A stretch of DNA of 64,000 bases from Synechococcus sp. (lineage in GTDB: Bacteria > Cyanobacteriota > Cyanobacteriia > Thermostichales > PCC-7336), in NCBI GenBank assembly GCA_051439605.1, contig JBFRWN010000075.1, positions 1-64,000 of the forward strand, given 5' to 3'. This document shows positions 38,778 to 49,119 of this stretch, one piece after another. The position numbers and the translations under genes were made by a program. Below the pieces are notes generated by a model. That model did no database searches. It was given only the letters and a program-made list of their open reading frames with translations, and was not told the DNA's origin. The first letter of the stretch is position 1. Each line of letters begins with the position of its first letter.

Positions 38778-40583
38778 GTGAGGATCAATAGACGTGCAGC
38801 AATTAAGTTAGGCTTGCTCAGCGGAACAGTATGGTTGAGCCGAGCCAATTCAGCAACTGCGTTCGAACAATGCCCGAATACTGATGGATCTTGTACAGAA
38901 TGCCTACCCAGAGAATTACCTGACAGCGAGAGCCCCCAGACGAACCCCTATAGCCCCCAGATCGACCGTTTCGTCAAACCTCTCCGCCTGTTTGAAACCC
39001 TCCAACCCCAATCGAGTTTGCCGGGGATCCCGAGTGAGGATACTCCACCAACTGATATTTTTCATATTGAAATGCACGAGCTAGAAGTGCAGATCTTAGA
39101 CAATGGCCCCGCCACTAAACAATGGGTTTACGTAGGGTTCCAGCCAGATGGGACGCCGTTGCCTTGGCCGGTGATTCGACAAAGGGGAGGAATGGAGGAG
39201 ATTGATGGGCAGAGACAATCCGTCGTTCGTTTCGAGAACTGTTTAGGTAAAGATCGAGAAGGCCATGACATTTGTACTTCGGTTCACCTGCACGGCATGG
39301 CCTCCTTACCTGAATACGATGGCTACGCGGAAGACTTAATGAGGCCGGGTTATTTCAAAAACTACATCTACCCCAACGATCGCGCCGCTACGATTTGGTA
39401 TCACGATCATGCCATTGAAAAAACCTCCCGCAACGTTGCGATGGGATTAGCAGGCTTTTATTTGATTGAAGACGAAGTTGAGCGCCAGTCTGGCCTGCCG
39501 ATGGGAGAGTACGACATTCCCCTTCTATTGCAGGAAGTCACCCTCGGCCCAGAAAAAACGCCCGACGGGAGGGATAACCCCGACTACGGTCAGATTATCT
39601 TTAACAATCGCAACAACCGCAGTCACTACGGCGATATTCAACTAGTCAATGGAGTCCCTTGGCCGCGCTTTACGGTCGAGCGACGCAAATATCGCTTCCG
39701 CATCCTGAACGCCACAGCCTCCAGACTGTATCAGCTGTTTCTCAGCCAATCCCTCGAGCGGTGGACGGGAGACGTCATGCATGTAGTGGCTAGTGATTGT
39801 GGTTTGCTCAGCCAGGCTGTTCCCATCCCCAGCGGACGGTTCCCCAGTGGTCCCAAAAATGTCTTACGGATGGGCAATGCCGAGCGATACGAGATCGTCA
39901 TTGATTTTTCCAACTACGAAGATGGAGATACAGTCTATCTGCGTAACGATCCCGCTCCGCTATCGCGCGATCCCAGTAACCGCAGCGAAGCCCTGATTCG
40001 GTTTGACGTCGCAGGTCCTGTGGTTGACGATGGACTCCCTTGGCCACCCAGGCTACCTTATATCCCTCCGATTCAAACCGAGGTGGACGATATCTCGCAG
40101 GTCACCACCCGAAACTGGCGATTTGGCCTAACCGGATCGAAGTGGACGATCAATGGAAAATTGTGGGATAAAGATCGCATCGATGCTGAAATTCCTGCAG
40201 GAGATTTTGAAATTTGGGAATTGCAAAATGCCGGTGGTGGTTGGATCCACCCCGTCCACATTCACCTCGCTGATTTCCAAATCCTCGATCGCAACGGGCT
40301 ACCACCTCTTCCCTATGAAACGGGATGGAAAGATGTATTTCTTGTGGGGGAATTTGAAACCGTTCGAGTCATGGCACGCTTGGGTGTCCCGAGAGGGAAA
40401 CTCTCTGAGGAGGATCCGGGGGACGAAATTCAAGGAATATATATGATGCACTGCCATAATCTCGTGCATGAAGACCACGATATGATGACTCAATTCAAAG
40501 TAGTGGGTGAAGGAGAAGAACCGTCTCCACCCTGTAGCTGCCCGGCGCAACAAGGAGGTGGATGCAGACTGTCTCAGGCATAG
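38778..40583 (+). CDS. Tat-exported three-domain multicopper oxidase (bilirubin oxidase/CotA-like)
   Basis: INRRAAIK signal; HLHG, WYHDH, HPVHIH and HCHNLVHEDHDMM copper sites. Confidence 0.92.
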   Translation: MRINRRAAIKLGLLSGTVWLSRANSATAFEQCPNTDGSCTECLPRELPDSESPQTNPYSPQIDRFVKPLRLFETLQPQSSLPGIPSEDTPPTDIFHIEMHELEVQILDNGPATKQWVYVGFQPDGTPLPWPVIRQRGGMEEIDGQRQSVVRFENCLGKDREGHDICTSVHLHGMASLPEYDGYAEDLMRPGYFKNYIYPNDRAATIWYHDHAIEKTSRNVAMGLAGFYLIEDEVERQSGLPMGEYDIPLLLQEVTLGPEKTPDGRDNPDYGQIIFNNRNNRSHYGDIQLVNGVPWPRFTVERRKYRFRILNATASRLYQLFLSQSLERWTGDVMHVVASDCGLLSQAVPIPSGRFPSGPKNVLRMGNAERYEIVIDFSNYEDGDTVYLRNDPAPLSRDPSNRSEALIRFDVAGPVVDDGLPWPPRLPYIPPIQTEVDDISQVTTRNWRFGLTGSKWTINGKLWDKDRIDAEIPAGDFEIWELQNAGGGWIHPVHIHLADFQILDRNGLPPLPYETGWKDVFLVGEFETVRVMARLGVPRGKLSEEDPGDEIQGIYMMHCHNLVHEDHDMMTQFKVVGEGEEPSPPCSCPAQQGGGCRLSQA

Positions 40584-40648
40584 ATAAACTCGACACCATT
40601 AAGCAGCAGTCGATGCGATCTTTCTACTTCCCATAGACTGAATAATGC

Positions 40649-40966
40649 TTACGAGCGATCGCTGGGGGCCGGAGGACGGGCCTCAGTACCTTGATAAAGT
40701 TGCCGGTCGAACTCCCTTATCGACTGCATGTCGTAAACATGTGGAGAGGTTTTGAATTCTGCTTCATTTTTTGAAGGTCTTGACTGTTCGATTGTCTTGA
40801 CATTGGTACCTGCAGAGGCATCAATCGATGCTGGTTTGGGTGGAGATTTAGCATCTGTATTACCGGCTTGGGCAATTGCAGGAGCAATTGATACTGATGT
40901 AAACACAATCAATACAGTAATTAGTAAACAGATCGAGCTCAGCATTTTTTTGAGTAAATGACGCAT
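40649..40966 (-). CDS. Small secreted hypothetical protein
   Basis: Sec-like signal ending PAIA, followed by a polar low-complexity body. Confidence 0.6.
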   Translation of the reverse strand: MRHLLKKMLSSICLLITVLIVFTSVSIAPAIAQAGNTDAKSPPKPASIDASAGTNVKTIEQSRPSKNEAEFKTSPHVYDMQSIREFDRQLYQGTEARPPAPSDRS

Positions 40967-41273
40967 AATTCACTCTCGAAAGACGTAGAATATCTCTATT
41001 TGTAAGATAGCCTTTGTTTTTTGAAAGATGCAAATATGTCATCTTTTTTTATTTTAGAAGCCCTAATTGTAAATCTTTATGCTGACAGAATGATATGCAG
41101 GCATATTAGGGGCATAACAATATGCAAATACTATTCATGTATAGAAGAAAACTATCATTTCTGTATGGCTTTTCTGTAAATCATATGTTTTATTGGTTGA
41201 CTGTCAATCCAGATATGCTTTGGACAGGGAAAACGCATACTCAATTCGAAAGCAATGCGTAAAAGATGATTGC

Positions 41274-41474
41274 TATAGCAGTTTTCAGGCTGCTGTAGAA
41301 CAGTCGCAGTGGTGGGCAAACCAGTTACGTATGTCAGTGAAAGTCACCAGATTTAAGACTTCAGAGATGGCTTCATCTAAGCGCTCTCAAGTACGTGCTT
41401 CCGTTTGACGCAGTTCGGCTTTCAGTTTCGACCAGTAGTTTTCAATCGGATTAAAGTCCAGTGAGTAGTGAGTA
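41274..41474 (-). mobile_element. IS630-family remnant (transposase C-terminus plus right end)
   Basis: Minus 41467-41285 translates YSLDFNPIENYWSKLKAELRQTEART*ERLDEAISEVLNLVTFTDIRNWFAHHCDCSTAA*. This carries the IS630 YSPDFNPIE motif and an internal stop. The element end reads ...GAAAACTGCTA-TA. Confidence 0.85.
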
Positions 41475-41613
41475 AAAGCAGCTATGCTCTAGGTTTTATT
41501 GCAACAAGCCCGTCTTTGCATATGTCAAAGGAAATAAACATCTTGGAGCTGTACAAGAGAGAGGACACAGCCAGATAGTAGGATGCAGATCCGTTTACAG
41601 CAACCAGAATCGC

Positions 41614-42450
41614 ATGATGGCCAGCTACCAGCAATTCAGCAGTCCTCGCATCAACCTGTCCTATCTAGAATGGGGCAACCAAGGAGAAGCCGTACTGTTA
41701 TTGCACGGTTTAGCAGATACAGCCTTGGTGTGGTCCAGCTTGGGGGAAGCCCTATCTGTGCAGTTTCACGCGATCGCCCCCGACATGCGCGGGCACGGCA
41801 ACAGCGATAAACCCGAGGATGGCTACGACTTTCTCTCCCTGATCCAAGATTTAGAAGCCTTGATGGATTCACTGGGCTGGGAGAACGCCCATATTGTGGG
41901 CCACTCTTGGACGGGGAAATTGATTCCCGTTTGGATGAAACACAGCCCCTCCCGATTTCGCAGTGCAGTCCTAGTAGACCCCTTTTATATCGGACAAATT
42001 CCCAGCTGCTTTAAGTTCACCTTCCCATTGCTGTACAAGGTGCTGCCGTTTCTCAAAATGATGGGGCCATTTGACACCTTGGCAGAGGCGGAGGCTACGG
42101 CCAAAGAATTGAAGCAATATCGCGGCTGGAGCGAGCTACAACAACTAGCCTGTAAAGGCAGCCTAGAACAAAAGGAAGACGGACGCTGGGGCAGCAAGTT
42201 TGCCAGCGTAGCACGCGATCTCATTTTTGATGAGGTGCTCTCCGTGGCTGGGTTGACAGAGACGATCGGAATACCCACCTTGTTTGTGCAGCCGCAGGCC
42301 GGTCTCAATCGCACAGAGCTGCAGCTCAAGCCCTATCGCAAATATCTAAAGCAGCTAACAGTTCAACCGGTACCTGGAAACCATTGGGCATTTTTGGTAG
42401 AGCCCGATCGCTTTAACGAGCTGGTGATTCAGCATTTGAGCGATCGGTGA
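41614..42450 (+). CDS. Alpha/beta fold hydrolase
   Basis: LLHGLAD, DMRGHGNS, GHSWTG nucleophile elbow and GNHW. Confidence 0.9.
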   Translation: MMASYQQFSSPRINLSYLEWGNQGEAVLLLHGLADTALVWSSLGEALSVQFHAIAPDMRGHGNSDKPEDGYDFLSLIQDLEALMDSLGWENAHIVGHSWTGKLIPVWMKHSPSRFRSAVLVDPFYIGQIPSCFKFTFPLLYKVLPFLKMMGPFDTLAEAEATAKELKQYRGWSELQQLACKGSLEQKEDGRWGSKFASVARDLIFDEVLSVAGLTETIGIPTLFVQPQAGLNRTELQLKPYRKYLKQLTVQPVPGNHWAFLVEPDRFNELVIQHLSDR

Positions 42451-42565
42451 TGCCATATCTGGCTGACTTGTTAGTCAATCGTCTGAAATCCATCCAGACT
42501 GGCACAGGCAGTTAAACACCCCGCAAACCAGTCCTGCGGCAAGCACTAGATTATCAACAGCACCA

Positions 42566-43300
42566 TCATCGAGAGCCTGAGGATTGCTTTGAGAGTGTCG
42601 ACTCTGGCTTGCCCAGTCCAACCTGCATAATCAAACCATCCCAAAGGTCTTCGAGATAAACCATCAATCCATGCGCAAAGACGACGAGACCGATCATCTC
42701 CAGTGATTCTTCAAAGACAGTAATAAATTCATCATAAAATCCCTGCCCATCTCCCAGTATCTTTCCGACGGCATCCAAGAAAAATGCACCAAAGACGAAC
42801 AGAGCAGCAGAGATCGAAAATAGCCGTCTCGATCGTTTCGGCGCGCGGAAGACGAAACGGCTGAAGTTAACGGTAAAAATAACCAGAAAGACTCCAAAGA
42901 GCACCATCAATCCGGCAGTGAAGAGGTCAGAATTTCTGATCGACAGCCTGATTTGGGGACTGATCCATCGGTAAAGTCGACAAAATTCATTGATCGTAAA
43001 GAACGAGAACATCAGCGCTAGCACCGATATCTCGGCCCCCTGCTGTTTGCGACCCCGAACAATCGAAATGACCGATAAAAGCAAGGAACAAATCAGCAGT
43101 AAGAGCGTAGAGAATAGTGTTGGTATATTCGGAGCGCTTACAGCAAGGCTAAATAACGGGATCAAACCAAAGAGATCGCTGTGGCCAAAGATATACTTTG
43201 AAACAAAACTGACCAATTGCACTAGAATCAGAAAGGATGAAATCCCTAACAACAACGAAAGAACTTTCTTAGAGTCTAGATTGATAATTTCAGTGTGCAT
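42566..43300 (-). CDS. Multi-pass membrane protein, unknown function
   Basis: About 6 hydrophobic segments, NIPTLFS and EESLEMIG. Confidence 0.75.
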   Translation of the reverse strand: MHTEIINLDSKKVLSLLLGISSFLILVQLVSFVSKYIFGHSDLFGLIPLFSLAVSAPNIPTLFSTLLLLICSLLLSVISIVRGRKQQGAEISVLALMFSFFTINEFCRLYRWISPQIRLSIRNSDLFTAGLMVLFGVFLVIFTVNFSRFVFRAPKRSRRLFSISAALFVFGAFFLDAVGKILGDGQGFYDEFITVFEESLEMIGLVVFAHGLMVYLEDLWDGLIMQVGLGKPESTLSKQSSGSR

Positions 43301-43585
43301 GCTTGGGACGCGCTTTCAACGATGTTGTTGGCAATGGAGCTGTTGACAGTAGAGTGAACCTGAAAGTATTAATTAAGTCCTACATCCTTTCAGTGCGACA
43401 AGATTCAGGAATGCGCACCCTGTCAACTACCCCTTAGGTATATTGCCCAGTGCGACCAAGACTAAATAATACTTCACTCCTGCCCTCTACGTATACTTTT
43501 TTCTAGACAGCCGATCTGAGATGCGATGGCTCAACTCTTGTTGACGGAGCGATCGCTAGCCAATTCCCGGGCCGCTTCGAACGTT

Positions 43586-43768
43586 GAATCGCATTTCCCA
43601 CCTGACCTGCAAGTAGAGGCAGGGCTAAATCCCAGCAGAACTGCAATTGAAGATCTATCGACAGTCTTTACAGCCACACCCTGTTAAGTCAGCACCCTGA
43701 AACTATTCAGAATTTTGGGTTGACAACGAACGCTTTAACGAGATGCTTATTGAGCATTTGAAAGATAG
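43586..43768 (+). pseudogene. Degenerate duplicate of the 3' end of the alpha/beta hydrolase gene
   Basis: Colinear similarity to 42264-42448, e.g. cgctttaacgagatgcttattgagcatttgaaagat versus cgctttaacgagctggtgattcagcatttgagcgat. It has indels and stops. Confidence 0.75.
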
Positions 43769-43956
43769 ACGACTCCTTTTTAGGGTTGCGTATTCATCGA
43801 TCGCAAAGGAACCATCCACAGCCCGCTCCAACCGAGGCTAGTGTTTAAACGGAAAGTTGATTAGAAACGAAAAGAACTACTACACTTTGTCGCATTGATG
43901 ACCCACTTTTGATGTTTTTTTCTATGCTCGGGCAGATGTTGCATTCTGTTCTATAA

Positions 43957-45750
43957 ATGCCATTTCTGAACCAACTTAAACTTCTCAGGCGATTGTTTCT
44001 ATTGCTTGCATTTGTTGTGGCGATCGCTATCGTTATCTTTATTATCTTTCCTGATATTGTTGCGAGCAACAGCATCCAAAAAAATCCTTGTGAAGACTTC
44101 TCCGCCAAAAACTCCCCATGTTCCTGTACCCATCTGGTGGATGTTGACAAGTTTGGATACGCCGATTTACACGAGCCAGAGACTCGGATGTCATCAAACG
44201 GCAATCTCGCCCTCGATTTGAACGTTACTTACACCAATCCTGAACGGAATAAAATTGCTGGCTGCCCCGTCAAGCTGCGTTCCTATAATGGAGAACTGGT
44301 GGGACCCACTCTACGCCTCAAACCGGGCGACACCCTCAACGTCAATCTGAATAACCAACTGCCCCAAAATCAAGGCAACCCTTCGGGAAACCTCAACGTT
44401 CCCCATCACCCCAATACCACGAACTTCCACACCCACGGCTTGCATGTTTCTCCACTAGGTAACAGCGACAACGTACTCATTAAGATCGAACCCAAGAGTA
44501 CTTTGCCGGTCGAAATCTCCATCCCCGAAGATCATCCCCCCGGCACTTTCTGGTACCATCCCCACTCCCACGGTGCGACCACAGTGCAGGTCGGTAGCGC
44601 AATGGAAGGAGTCTTGATTGTCGAGGGTGGCTTAGATGAAGTCCCAGAAATTGCTGCGGCCAAAGAGCACATTCTCGTGTTTCAACAGGTGCCCTACGAC
44701 GAACAAGGCATGATTGAACCGAACGAAACCACCTACTGGACTTTCGACAGCTATTTTGGTGCCAAAGCTTGGCCCAACCTCAAACGGCACACGACCGTTA
44801 ACGGCCAACTGGCTCCAGTAATTCACATGCGCCCCAACGAAGTGCAGCGCTGGCGCATGCTACATGCGGGGGTACACGAAAGCCTCAAGCTCATTTTGGC
44901 GAAGCAACCCCTCCCCAGCGGTTACAGCCAAGAATTGCCCCTCTATGAAATCGCAACTGACGGTTTGGCTACCGGCAAGCTGGATGCCTGGACGAGCCGC
45001 AGCTGGCCGTTCGAAGACAGCACCCCCCAAGAACGCGAAAACTTAGGAGGGCTTCGGCTTGAACCCGGATATCGCAGCGATGTTTTGGTTCAAGCTAGTG
45101 CCGAACCCGGCGAATATTTCCTCTACGACCTAGATCAGCCAGCTGAGGCCAGTCTACAGGCGGTGCCTGAAGATTTAGAAATTGTGGCCAAGGTGATAGT
45201 GGAAGGTCCAGAGGATTGCACGGAGTATGCCTGTGCGTTACCTAGCGCTCGCCAGTTGGCTGACTACGTTCCTTTCGAGCCCATTACCGACGACGAAATC
45301 AGCAATTGGGACAATCCCCAGAAAATGGTATTCAAGCTGCAGCTCGACCCCATCAAGGCTTTTACCGTCAACGATCGCCCCTTCAGCTATGACGATAACA
45401 ACATCCGCAAGTTGCCCTTGGGCAAAGCAGAAGTGTGGCATTTGAGTACGGATAAAAACTCAATCGCCCCTAACCACCCGTTTCATATCCACGTCAATCC
45501 TTTTCAATACGATCGCCGCGGTCCCGATGGCTCGCTAGAAACCATCTGGCGAGATACCGTCCTGGTGTCCAACACGGATCACCCCCCCGACAATCCGTTA
45601 GAAATTCGCACCCGATACGTGCGATATCTCGGCGAGTTCGTCTTCCACTGTCACATCCTCGACCACGAAGACCAGGGCATGATGCAACTGGTGCAGGTAG
45701 TTTTGCCAAGCGAGCTAGAACAGGTCCCTGCTGAAACAACAGTTCATTGA
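43957..45750 (+). CDS. Multicopper oxidase with N-terminal TM/Sec anchor
   Basis: HTHGLH, WYHPH, HPFHIH and HCHILDHEDQGMM. Confidence 0.92.
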   Translation: MPFLNQLKLLRRLFLLLAFVVAIAIVIFIIFPDIVASNSIQKNPCEDFSAKNSPCSCTHLVDVDKFGYADLHEPETRMSSNGNLALDLNVTYTNPERNKIAGCPVKLRSYNGELVGPTLRLKPGDTLNVNLNNQLPQNQGNPSGNLNVPHHPNTTNFHTHGLHVSPLGNSDNVLIKIEPKSTLPVEISIPEDHPPGTFWYHPHSHGATTVQVGSAMEGVLIVEGGLDEVPEIAAAKEHILVFQQVPYDEQGMIEPNETTYWTFDSYFGAKAWPNLKRHTTVNGQLAPVIHMRPNEVQRWRMLHAGVHESLKLILAKQPLPSGYSQELPLYEIATDGLATGKLDAWTSRSWPFEDSTPQERENLGGLRLEPGYRSDVLVQASAEPGEYFLYDLDQPAEASLQAVPEDLEIVAKVIVEGPEDCTEYACALPSARQLADYVPFEPITDDEISNWDNPQKMVFKLQLDPIKAFTVNDRPFSYDDNNIRKLPLGKAEVWHLSTDKNSIAPNHPFHIHVNPFQYDRRGPDGSLETIWRDTVLVSNTDHPPDNPLEIRTRYVRYLGEFVFHCHILDHEDQGMMQLVQVVLPSELEQVPAETTVH

Positions 45751-45803
45751 GACCCGTTCGAGCATATTGCTGAAATGTTCGCAGCAATTCCACGACCGCA
45801 CTA

Positions 45804-46475
45804 TCAGTAGTCGTAGGCTTCGATGGCAGTGGCCAGCAGGAAATATCCCACATCCACACTGGCCGAACCATCGATAAATGTCAGATCCTGCTCGGATTGC
45901 TTCACAGCTAACTGGCCTGACACTAAGAGAGGTTCAAATAAGCTGTTCATCTCAATGCCGCGTTCCGATCGCACGTGGACGATTTGGTTGGGGGGTGGGG
46001 GAGGGGTGTGAATGCAGGCCCCAACGTAGGGCACCAGCAAAAACTCCGTCACGAGATTGTTGTCCCCATATTCGAGTGGCAGCGCGTAGCCTGGAATTTT
46101 GACAGACGCGGCGTTGAGTTCCTCCACCATCATGTTGTCGGCAATCAGCTGTTTAGCTTCGATCTCCTCTTGTTGAGCCACAAGGCGATCGATATCGACT
46201 CCGGCTGCAGTTAGCGTTGTAACGGACTCGTTAAATTGCTCCGCTAGAACAGTCAGCTCCTGCAGGTCAAGGGGTGGGTCTTGTTTTTGTCGCTGAATCA
46301 TCCAATATACAAATCCAAACTCCGAGGCTTGCTCCGGAGCTAATGCTTCAAACGGGTCTTCGAACTCGATCTGCGGCGCTAAATCTTCCCACGAAAGCTG
46401 AAGAGTATTTTCCCCTTGAGCAGGAAGGGCGACTAGCGAAGCCAAAATGGCAAGAGCAATTGAAGTACGCTTCAT
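45804..46475 (-). CDS. DUF3299 family exported protein (PA4066-like)
   Basis: LSWEDL, IPGYALPLE and FLLVPYVGACIHTPPPPPNQIV. Confidence 0.85.
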   Translation of the reverse strand: MKRTSIALAILASLVALPAQGENTLQLSWEDLAPQIEFEDPFEALAPEQASEFGFVYWMIQRQKQDPPLDLQELTVLAEQFNESVTTLTAAGVDIDRLVAQQEEIEAKQLIADNMMVEELNAASVKIPGYALPLEYGDNNLVTEFLLVPYVGACIHTPPPPPNQIVHVRSERGIEMNSLFEPLLVSGQLAVKQSEQDLTFIDGSASVDVGYFLLATAIEAYDY

Positions 46476-46554
46476 CGAACCTCACAATAGAAACTAAAAC
46501 AGCAGAACAGGAAATACCTTAAAAAAGGTCGGTCATCGCTTCGCGAATTGCTAC

Positions 46555-47036
46555 TTACTGTTTGACGAACATTCCATCGGCAATCAATTGACGGTAACTG
46601 AGATATCCGGGAGTCATCTCGATCGCAGTACCAGCTCCGCAAACGGTCGCTATCAAAACTAGCTCGTATTCCAGAAAAACCTCCAATCGCGATCGCCAAT
46701 CCCATCTTTGCCAACAGGATTGGACGGGCAATCCATAATCCGGCGTACAACAAGGTTATTCCAGTCAAAATCCCCACTACGGTCAGGACACAAGCTTCCC
46801 CCACAATCAGCCCAAATATATGAACCGGTCGAGCTCCCACCGATCGCAAAATGGCCATTTCCCGACGGCGTTCGTTGAAGCCGGTCAGCAATGCCACGAG
46901 CATTCCAGACAGACCCACCAGCACCACAAACCCAGACACAACCATTTAATACCCGTTCCGCTACACCAACCACCTCCCACAACGATTGCAGCGTCACCCC
47001 CGGCAAAATAGCCAAGAGGGGTTCGGCCCGATAGTT
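46555..47036 (-). pseudogene. C-terminal fragment of an FtsX-type ABC permease (PA4065-like), two frameshifts
   Basis: Three successive frames give NYRAEPLLAILPGVTLQSLW, NERRREMAILRSVGARP and PGYLSYRQLIADGMFVKQ*. Confidence 0.85.
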
Positions 47037-47554
47037 AAGGCTTGCACTTCAATTTCCTCAACACCAAGAAATGCAGCGAATAGCATGACCTCAATTTGAT
47101 TCAGTTGCTCGGGATTCGAACAGCTAATCTCGTAGTTGGGAACAAATTCGCTGTGAACTTCTCTCGCCTGCGAGGCACGCTCTTCTTCAGAGTGTTCTGA
47201 ATCAATATCCGATTCCACGGTTATATCGGCAAAACTGCATTCTGCACTGTCAAGTAACCCAAAGATCTCTTCCCCCGACTCAAGAATTTTTAATGCATCT
47301 GCGATCGCAGCTTCTTGCTCGATGGAGTTGGGACTGCGTTCAAACCCCACAATATTTGCCGCTGGGCTCAACAGTTCGAGGTAGAGGCGGTCACCTTCAA
47401 TTGCAATATTCATCTCAACAACACCGTGGACATGGGTATCTTGTTGTCGAGCATCATGCGAGGATTCAGCCTCCTGCGTATTCATAGACTGTATACCCGT
47501 GCAGAAAATGGCTGCCGTTGAGGCGATCGCTAGCAGCACACCCTCAAACTTCAT
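46994..47554 (-). CDS. DUF2796 / ZrgA-like zinc-binding periplasmic protein, C-terminally truncated and fused to out-of-frame permease sequence
   Basis: HVHGVVEMNIAIEG, SPAANIVGFE and HSEF..YEISC. Homology ends near EEIEVQAL at about 47040. Confidence 0.8.
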   Translation of the reverse strand: MKFEGVLLAIASTAAIFCTGIQSMNTQEAESSHDARQQDTHVHGVVEMNIAIEGDRLYLELLSPAANIVGFERSPNSIEQEAAIADALKILESGEEIFGLLDSAECSFADITVESDIDSEHSEEERASQAREVHSEFVPNYEISCSNPEQLNQIEVMLFAAFLGVEEIEVQALTIGPNPSWLFCRG

Positions 47555-47795
47555 AACTCCGCTTCCAACGCAAAGATAGCGACGCTTGGTAGTTGTATTC
47601 GCCTGCTTGCGGCTAAGAATACAAGAATGGTTATAATTCCCATTATTTTTGACGGCAAAGTTCATAATGGGTATGACTGAAGTTCGAGCCAAGCCTTTTC
47701 CAGTAACTGCTTTACCAGGCGGATAACCGGCTGGGGCTGTCAGAGACTAACGACAACACGTACACTGAAAAGAAATCCGCATCGAAACAACCTCC

Positions 47796-48395
<600 letters not shown>

Positions 48396-48446
48396 ACGAA
48401 TGACCGCTAGGTAAACCCAAGCCCTAAACGATCGACAGCCTATTTG

Positions 48447-48479
48447 AAAAGCACCCAGAATACTGCTTGGGTGCTTTTT
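48447..48479. terminator. Bidirectional intrinsic terminator
   Basis: aaaa-gcaccca ... tgggtgc-ttttt between convergent genes. Confidence 0.85.
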
Positions 48480-48517
48480 ACTCGGAGCTTTTGCTCTTGG
48501 AAACGAGAGTGAGGGAC

Positions 48518-48796
48518 CTACTTCTCTTCCTCCGGGCAATCCTCAGACACCATAATGCAGTCTTCCGTTTTGGGAACCGAAGCAATTTGTTGCGAGATCG
48601 AGCCGATGCTGTCCAGCCGCACAGACTCCTCTAGCGCAAAAATCTCTTCTTCGTCTTCTACCTCGTAGCGCACCGTGACGATATCCCCTTCAATCGTCAA
48701 AATCTTGGCGCGATCGATCCAGCGCATTTGATCCCTGAGAAAGATGCTAACGGTACGATTTTCGCGGCAGAGTTGGTAGATCTTGCGATCTAACAT
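48518..48796 (-). CDS. Conserved cyanobacterial hypothetical protein (DUF6679-like)
   Basis: MLDRKIYQLC..IFLRDQ.RWI and EESVRLDSIG. A GGAG site precedes ATG 48796. Confidence 0.75.
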   Translation of the reverse strand: MLDRKIYQLCRENRTVSIFLRDQMRWIDRAKILTIEGDIVTVRYEVEDEEEIFALEESVRLDSIGSISQQIASVPKTEDCIMVSEDCPEEEK

Positions 48797-49119
48797 ATGC
48801 GCGTTCTCCAAATAAGGGACAAAAAGCCTGAACCCATCAGGTCGCAAAACAACGAGCGCCGTCCCCCTCATTCATGGTTGTCAGCCAGATTGAAGGAAAA
48901 AGGGTCGCATGTAATCCTGGCGACGCGCATGCGTACAGACATAATAAAGACGTGTTGCTCGTTGTTCGAATACTGTAGCAGCTTGTTCAGATTTCATATT
49001 CGCTGCTGAACCCTTCAACGGCGATCGCCAGTTCGATCCGATCCCGGTTGATGTAACACACATAAGACCCTTTGGGATCGTATCTCTCTCCTCCTACCCT
49101 AACAGCCCTCATCAAGACC

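Noticed and set aside
38464..41131. Recurring ATGCAAATA motif (38464, 41028, 41122) near the first multicopper oxidase
   Set aside because: It is a short AT-rich word in AT-rich spacers and could easily be chance.
41193..41408. 71-aa plus-strand ORF
   Set aside because: It is mostly the antisense of the IS630 transposase remnant.
43391..43461. Direct repeat cagtgcgac(c)aaga twice upstream of the membrane-protein gene
   Set aside because: There are only two short copies 57 bp apart and no regulator nearby, which is insufficient support.
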